Assembly: GCA_041937185.1 (NCBI GenBank)
Contig: CP166621.1
Span: 2,196,571-2,260,570, forward strand
Reading direction: 5' to 3'
From: Leptolyngbya sp. BL-A-14
Lineage (GTDB): Bacteria > Cyanobacteriota > Cyanobacteriia > Leptolyngbyales > Leptolyngbyaceae
Length of the DNA stretch: 64,000 bases
The notes beneath the pieces were generated by a model. The model had not been told where the DNA came from and made no database searches. It saw only the letters and a list, made by a program, of their open reading frames with translations. Below, piece by piece: positions 59,890 to 64,000 of this stretch. The first letter of the stretch is position 1; every line of letters begins with the position of its first letter. A program made the translations under genes and the position numbers.

Positions 59890-62187
59890 TTACCTCACTA
59901 GAACGCTTGCTTCCACGGGCAAACTCAGGCTAAAGCAACTGCCACGACCGGGCTCGGAGGTTACGGTGAGGTCGCCATGATGCAGTTGAGCCAGCTTGCG
60001 TGCAAGTGCCAAACCAAGCCCAGTGCCCTGATATTTCTTATCCAATCCGGTGTCAAGCTGTTGGAAGGGCTGAAAGAGCAGGGGAAGATCTTGTTGCTCA
60101 ATGCCGATGCCCGTATCCTGCACGTGAAACTGAATGCAAGCGTCTACCTGATGGCTAGAGTGTTTGGTTTTAACGTTTGGGTGGCATGCCTTGGTCAGGC
60201 GCTCTACCCGTAATGTTACAGTCCCTTGTTCGGTAAACTTGACGGCATTTGAGAGCAGGTTAACTAAGATTTGCTTCAGACGACGGCTATCGGCAGTACA
60301 TGTTGTAGCATCGGGGGCGATCGACAGTACTATTTGCAGTCCCTTCAAGCTTGCCTGCTCGCGGATGAAGGCGAGACAAGCCGTACAAAGGTCTTTTACA
60401 TCAACGGTTTCTACGATTAACTCATCCCGCCCTGCTTCAATTTTTGATAGGTCTAGCAGATCATTGATGAGCGATAAAAGATGTTCGCCGCAATCGGCAA
60501 TGTTCTCAATATACTGCTGCTGCTTTGCGTTTAAGGGGCCAAAGATTTGCTTGAGTAGGAGGCTAGAAAATCCCAGAATGCCTGTCAGTGGGGTGCGCAG
60601 CTCGTGACTCATATTGGTCAGAAATTCGCTCTTAGCGGTGTTTGCCGCTTCAGAAAGGCGTTTTTCGCGTTCCAGCTCTTGCGTACGAGCCTGCACCAGT
60701 TGTTCTAACCGTTCATAGCTTTGTGCGTTGTAAAGCGCGATCGCGGCCTGATCACCAATTTGTTGCAGTAAGTGAATTTCGCCATCAGTAAACCGTCGCT
60801 GAGCCGTTGTGGCATTCAGACAAATGCCCCCAAAGAGCTTCCCTCGAATAAAAATCGGCACGCTGATGACAGATTTGACCTGATAGTCGAGGTGGTGCAC
60901 CCGTCTCGTTGGGGTTTGAGCGAGCGCCCCATAATCCGGTGCATGAAAGACCCGTTTGGTGTAAAAGTCAGCTTGTGGGTCAAGTAGGTCAGACCATTCT
61001 GCTAGCGGAAAAGTATTGTTGAGCAGGGAGGGTAGAGCATTGGTTGCCTGCCACTCTTCAACGATGTGAATCTGGCTATCCCGAATTTCAAAGATGAAGG
61101 CTCGATCGACCGTAAAGCTGGTGCCTGTTAGCCGAGTGATTTCTTGCAAAATATAGTTTGGATCGAGGCTTGAATTAATGATGCGGGCAATCTGGTTGAG
61201 AAGCTGCTCTCGCTGCGCTTGCCGCTGTACTTTGTTAAACAGTTGCGTCTGCTGAATCGCGATCGCGCACTGATCTGCGATCGCTTGTAACATCGAAACT
61301 TCGTCGGCTGTCCAGGTGCGATCGCGTTCACACTGGTACAACGATAGCCCGCCCAAAAACACCTGCTGATACAGCAAGGGAATCGTCAAAAAGGCACGGA
61401 TGTGGTACTCCTCAGCCAGTGCCCGCACATCATCCTGATCAGCTTGATCGGCTCTATTTACAACCACTGTCCCACCCTGGCTCAACAAGTTTTCATAGTG
61501 GGGAAACATGCTACAAGGGCAATGCAGCAGCGCTTTCCATTTTTCGGGAGCCTCGCTAAGATTGGACACCACCAGTTCACCACTCTTAGCAGAGCAAACC
61601 ATGAGGCAGCAGGTAGGGTTGAGTGCCGCATACACCATATCAACGGTTGTTTGCAGCACTTCATCTAAAACCAGGGTTTCGCGCATCGCCTGTACAATGC
61701 GGTTAATAATCGTTTCACGCTGGGCTTGCTGGCGGATGCGCAGCATCGCGGCTTGCTGTTGGCGACCAAGCTCAAATTCGTGGAGCGATCGCTTCAACAC
61801 CGTCGGCAAGCGAAACAGTCGATCTTTCAGCACATAATCTGTCATGCCTGCCTTGATACAATCGACTGCCGCTTCTTCGCCCAGGCTACCAGTAATGAGA
61901 ATGAAGGGAATTTGCTGGCCTGACTGTTGAAGCAAACTTAAGACTTGATGCCCCGTAAACCCCTTCAAGCGATAGTCTGACAATAAGACATCCCATGATT
62001 GGGCTTGCAATAACGCCTGGCAACCATCAAGAGTATCAGTGACTTCACAACATACTTCAATATGTGCTTCTGCCAACGCTAAAGTAATCAACTCAGCATC
62101 GGCTGGCTCATCCTCTACGATTAGTACCCGTAGGCTGGAGGGTAGCGTGAACCCCGATTGAAGCGTTGGCTGCTGGTACTCGGACAT
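59890..62187 (-). CDS. hybrid sensor histidine kinase (receiver-GAF-GAF-HisKA-HATPase)
   Basis: N-terminal receiver (VLIVEDEPADAEL ... DVLLSDYRL), two GAF-like regions, H-box MSHELRTPL, HATPase_c G-boxes (GTGLGLALAR); 765 aa. Confidence 0.88.
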   Translation of the reverse strand: MSEYQQPTLQSGFTLPSSLRVLIVEDEPADAELITLALAEAHIEVCCEVTDTLDGCQALLQAQSWDVLLSDYRLKGFTGHQVLSLLQQSGQQIPFILITGSLGEEAAVDCIKAGMTDYVLKDRLFRLPTVLKRSLHEFELGRQQQAAMLRIRQQAQRETIINRIVQAMRETLVLDEVLQTTVDMVYAALNPTCCLMVCSAKSGELVVSNLSEAPEKWKALLHCPCSMFPHYENLLSQGGTVVVNRADQADQDDVRALAEEYHIRAFLTIPLLYQQVFLGGLSLYQCERDRTWTADEVSMLQAIADQCAIAIQQTQLFNKVQRQAQREQLLNQIARIINSSLDPNYILQEITRLTGTSFTVDRAFIFEIRDSQIHIVEEWQATNALPSLLNNTFPLAEWSDLLDPQADFYTKRVFHAPDYGALAQTPTRRVHHLDYQVKSVISVPIFIRGKLFGGICLNATTAQRRFTDGEIHLLQQIGDQAAIALYNAQSYERLEQLVQARTQELEREKRLSEAANTAKSEFLTNMSHELRTPLTGILGFSSLLLKQIFGPLNAKQQQYIENIADCGEHLLSLINDLLDLSKIEAGRDELIVETVDVKDLCTACLAFIREQASLKGLQIVLSIAPDATTCTADSRRLKQILVNLLSNAVKFTEQGTVTLRVERLTKACHPNVKTKHSSHQVDACIQFHVQDTGIGIEQQDLPLLFQPFQQLDTGLDKKYQGTGLGLALARKLAQLHHGDLTVTSEPGRGSCFSLSLPVEASVLVR

Positions 62188-62197
62188 AGCGCTAACT

Positions 62198-62683
62198 TCA
62201 CGAAGGAAATAGAGGCGGTTTATTTAGTAGCATCCAATAAAGCCCTACGTCCCGTGCAACGTCTAAAAACTGCTGAAAGTCTAGAGGCTTCACTACGTAG
62301 CTATTCACTCCCAGATCGTAGCAAGTATTTAGATCGCTGTCTTCCTGAGATGATGTCATAACGACCACAATGAGCCGCTCTGTACGGGGATGACTACGTA
62401 GGGTTTGTAGGACACGAATGCCATTAATTTTCGGCAGCTTTAAATCAAGCAAAACAAAGCGTGGTAGCGGGCGTGGTGCTATTTCCTCTTGCCCCAATAA
62501 GTAGTGAAGTGCCTGTTCACCATCGGTTACCCAATCAATTTGATTGACCAGTCTGTGATTGCGAAACGCAAGCTGAATCAGTTCAACATCATTAGGGTCA
62601 TCTTCGACCAATAAGATGCGAGTAGGCTCAATCTCACCAATACCATCAGTTGATTGAATCATGCGTTTGAGCGATTGAAGCAA
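62198..62683 (-). CDS. single-domain response regulator (CheY-like receiver)
   Basis: ILLVEDDPNDVEL ... VLLDLKLPKINGI ... VVVMTSS ... VVKP; 161 aa. Confidence 0.85.
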   Translation of the reverse strand: MLQSLKRMIQSTDGIGEIEPTRILLVEDDPNDVELIQLAFRNHRLVNQIDWVTDGEQALHYLLGQEEIAPRPLPRFVLLDLKLPKINGIRVLQTLRSHPRTERLIVVVMTSSQEDSDLNTCYDLGVNSYVVKPLDFQQFLDVARDVGLYWMLLNKPPLFPS

Positions 62684-62849
62684 CTTACTATCTGAACGTG
62701 ACCGTAGCGTTGAAGATCCTGGAGTCTGATAGAAAAGGTTTATTAGGGAACGAGTGGAGATTTAACGCGTGAGGATGCGTATGAGGTAACGGGGCTTTCG
62801 TCCACTTCTACCTGCTCACTGCCCTTTCCTGCAAAGCACGGCCAAAATA

Positions 62850-62896
62850 GTTGATAAGTCTTTTGCTGTTGATAAGTCTTCTGCCGTTGGTAAATG
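62850..62896. promoter_or_regulatory. tandem 18-bp direct repeats upstream of the response-regulator gene (candidate regulator binding site)
   Basis: GTTGATAAGTCTTTTGCT / GTTGATAAGTCTTCTGCC / GTTGGTAAATG starting about 165 bp upstream of the 62683 start codon. Confidence 0.3.
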
Positions 62897-62898
62897 TT

Positions 62899-64000
62899 CT
62901 AGAGCGGCCTAATTTCCTGATCAAGATTGTAGGTGGACTGCTTGCTGCTAGCGGAAGGGGCGTTTAACTTGAAGTAGAAAGTCGCTCCTTGGTTGGGTTG
63001 ACTTTCTGCCCAAATCTTGCCGCCATGTCGATGGATAATCCGCTGGACGATCGCCAGACCAATACCATGTCCCTCAAACTCTGAGCGTGAATGAAGCCGT
63101 TGAAAGGCTCCAAAGAGCTGATCGGCATACTCCATCTTAAAGCCCACCCCATGATCACGTACAAAAATTGTACCGTCAGAGAGAGAACCAATTTCGATCT
63201 CTACAGGTTGGCAATTTTGCTTTGCAGACGTTTCATGGCCGCGACTGAACTTCACTGCATTATCAAGCAAGTTAGCAAACACTTGCTGAAGTAACGTCGC
63301 ATCACCCAAAACCGTGGGTAGCTCGCCCACCTGAAACTGGATCGGTGGCTGGCTACTTTCTCCCGCTCTTGGTTCAGCTTCATGGGTTTCTGATCGCTGA
63401 GCGAGAACTGTGGCCACCAAATGGTTCAGGTTAACAGGGACAAATGCTTTCTGTCGCCGTCCAACGCGTGATAGGGTGAGCAACCCATCAATGAGTTGTC
63501 CCATCGTCTGGCTACTGTTCTGGAGAATCTGGAGGTAGTGAGAAACTTTTGGATCGGTCAATTGCCCATTGCGAGTGAGTTGATCAGTCAGGGCTGCTAC
63601 AAAGCCTGTGAGATGCCGTAGTGGAGCACGCAGGTCGTGGGAAACGGAATAGGAAAAGGATTCTAGCTCCTGATTGGCAATTTCAAGCTGTGCCGTGCGA
63701 TCGGCCAGTGCTTGTCGTGCTTTGACCAATTCTGTGATATCGCGCGACGTGCCGATGAGGGCATACACTTCACCATTCGGCTTTTTGAGCGGAATCTTGT
63801 ACGTATCAAAATTCATCGTCCCTAAGGGCGTTGTGTAGGTTTCCTGAAAATGCAGGGTCTCACCCGTTTCAAAAACTTGCTGATTTTGGGCGGCAAATGT
63901 GGCTGCCAGTTCTGCGGTGTAGCACTCAAAGATGGTTTTACCTGCTACCTGGTGACGGCTGTCCTTGCCAACCAAGGCAGCAATCCAATCGTTGCAAAAG
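62899..64000 (-). CDS. PAS-domain sensor histidine kinase (5' end beyond the window)
   Basis: H-box VSHDLRAPL, HATPase_c N/G boxes (DNAVKF, GHGIGLAIV), upstream PAS-like region; the reading frame stays open to the window edge. Confidence 0.85.
   Translation of the reverse strand, partial: FCNDWIAALVGKDSRHQVAGKTIFECYTAELAATFAAQNQQVFETGETLHFQETYTTPLGTMNFDTYKIPLKKPNGEVYALIGTSRDITELVKARQALADRTAQLEIANQELESFSYSVSHDLRAPLRHLTGFVAALTDQLTRNGQLTDPKVSHYLQILQNSSQTMGQLIDGLLTLSRVGRRQKAFVPVNLNHLVATVLAQRSETHEAEPRAGESSQPPIQFQVGELPTVLGDATLLQQVFANLLDNAVKFSRGHETSAKQNCQPVEIEIGSLSDGTIFVRDHGVGFKMEYADQLFGAFQRLHSRSEFEGHGIGLAIVQRIIHRHGGKIWAESQPNQGATFYFKLNAPSASSKQSTYNLDQEIRPL

Noticed and set aside
1-64000. tRNA/rRNA genes
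   Set aside because: I scanned for T-arm (GGTTCGAATCC-like) and anticodon-stem signatures and for rRNA-like conserved blocks and found none. The single GGTTCAAAAACC match near 3025 lacks an acceptor stem.

Overview
This window reads as cyanobacterial chromosome. The HIP1 octamer GCGATCGC recurs every few hundred bp, and psbX, ndhB, ycf66, ycf19/YGGT and an rpaA-like regulator are present. About 53 protein genes are supportable. Housekeeping genes include frr-pyrH, accC, sdhB, topA, acnB and the rbp-rpsU pair. There are transporters (an NNP-family MFS transporter, a CLC channel, a CPA2 antiporter), a purine-catabolism pair (uraH, guaD) and a dense two-component cluster (rpaA-like regulator, hybrid kinase, CheY-like receiver, PAS kinase). 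No tRNA, rRNA or CRISPR array was found. Four things stand out. (1) An AT-rich, HIP1-free island of about 5 kb (19.3-24.4 kb) carries a GtrB-like polyprenyl-phosphate glycosyltransferase, a SAM methyltransferase and a large polytopic GT-C-like membrane protein. It looks like a horizontally acquired periplasmic glycan-modification cassette of unknown specificity. (2) An intact ISL3-family insertion sequence has 24-bp perfect terminal inverted repeats and an 8-bp target duplication, TGAAGTAA, that includes the stop codon of a fructosamine-kinase gene. (3) Nearly every intergenic spacer holds heptamer (STRR-like) tandem repeats. At least three copies also share a unique AGCGCT-containing core. 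Several arrays sit in-frame inside coding genes (FAD oxidoreductase, M16 peptidase, LpxB-related protein) without breaking the reading frames. (4) A tightly packed operon couples an LpxB-related protein, a VOC protein and an AAC(6')-Ib-like GNAT to a large serine recombinase whose catalytic Arg and Asp residues appear to be substituted. This may be a domesticated resistance-cassette-like module. All functional calls come from reading the translated ORFs and recognising motifs. No database search was run.
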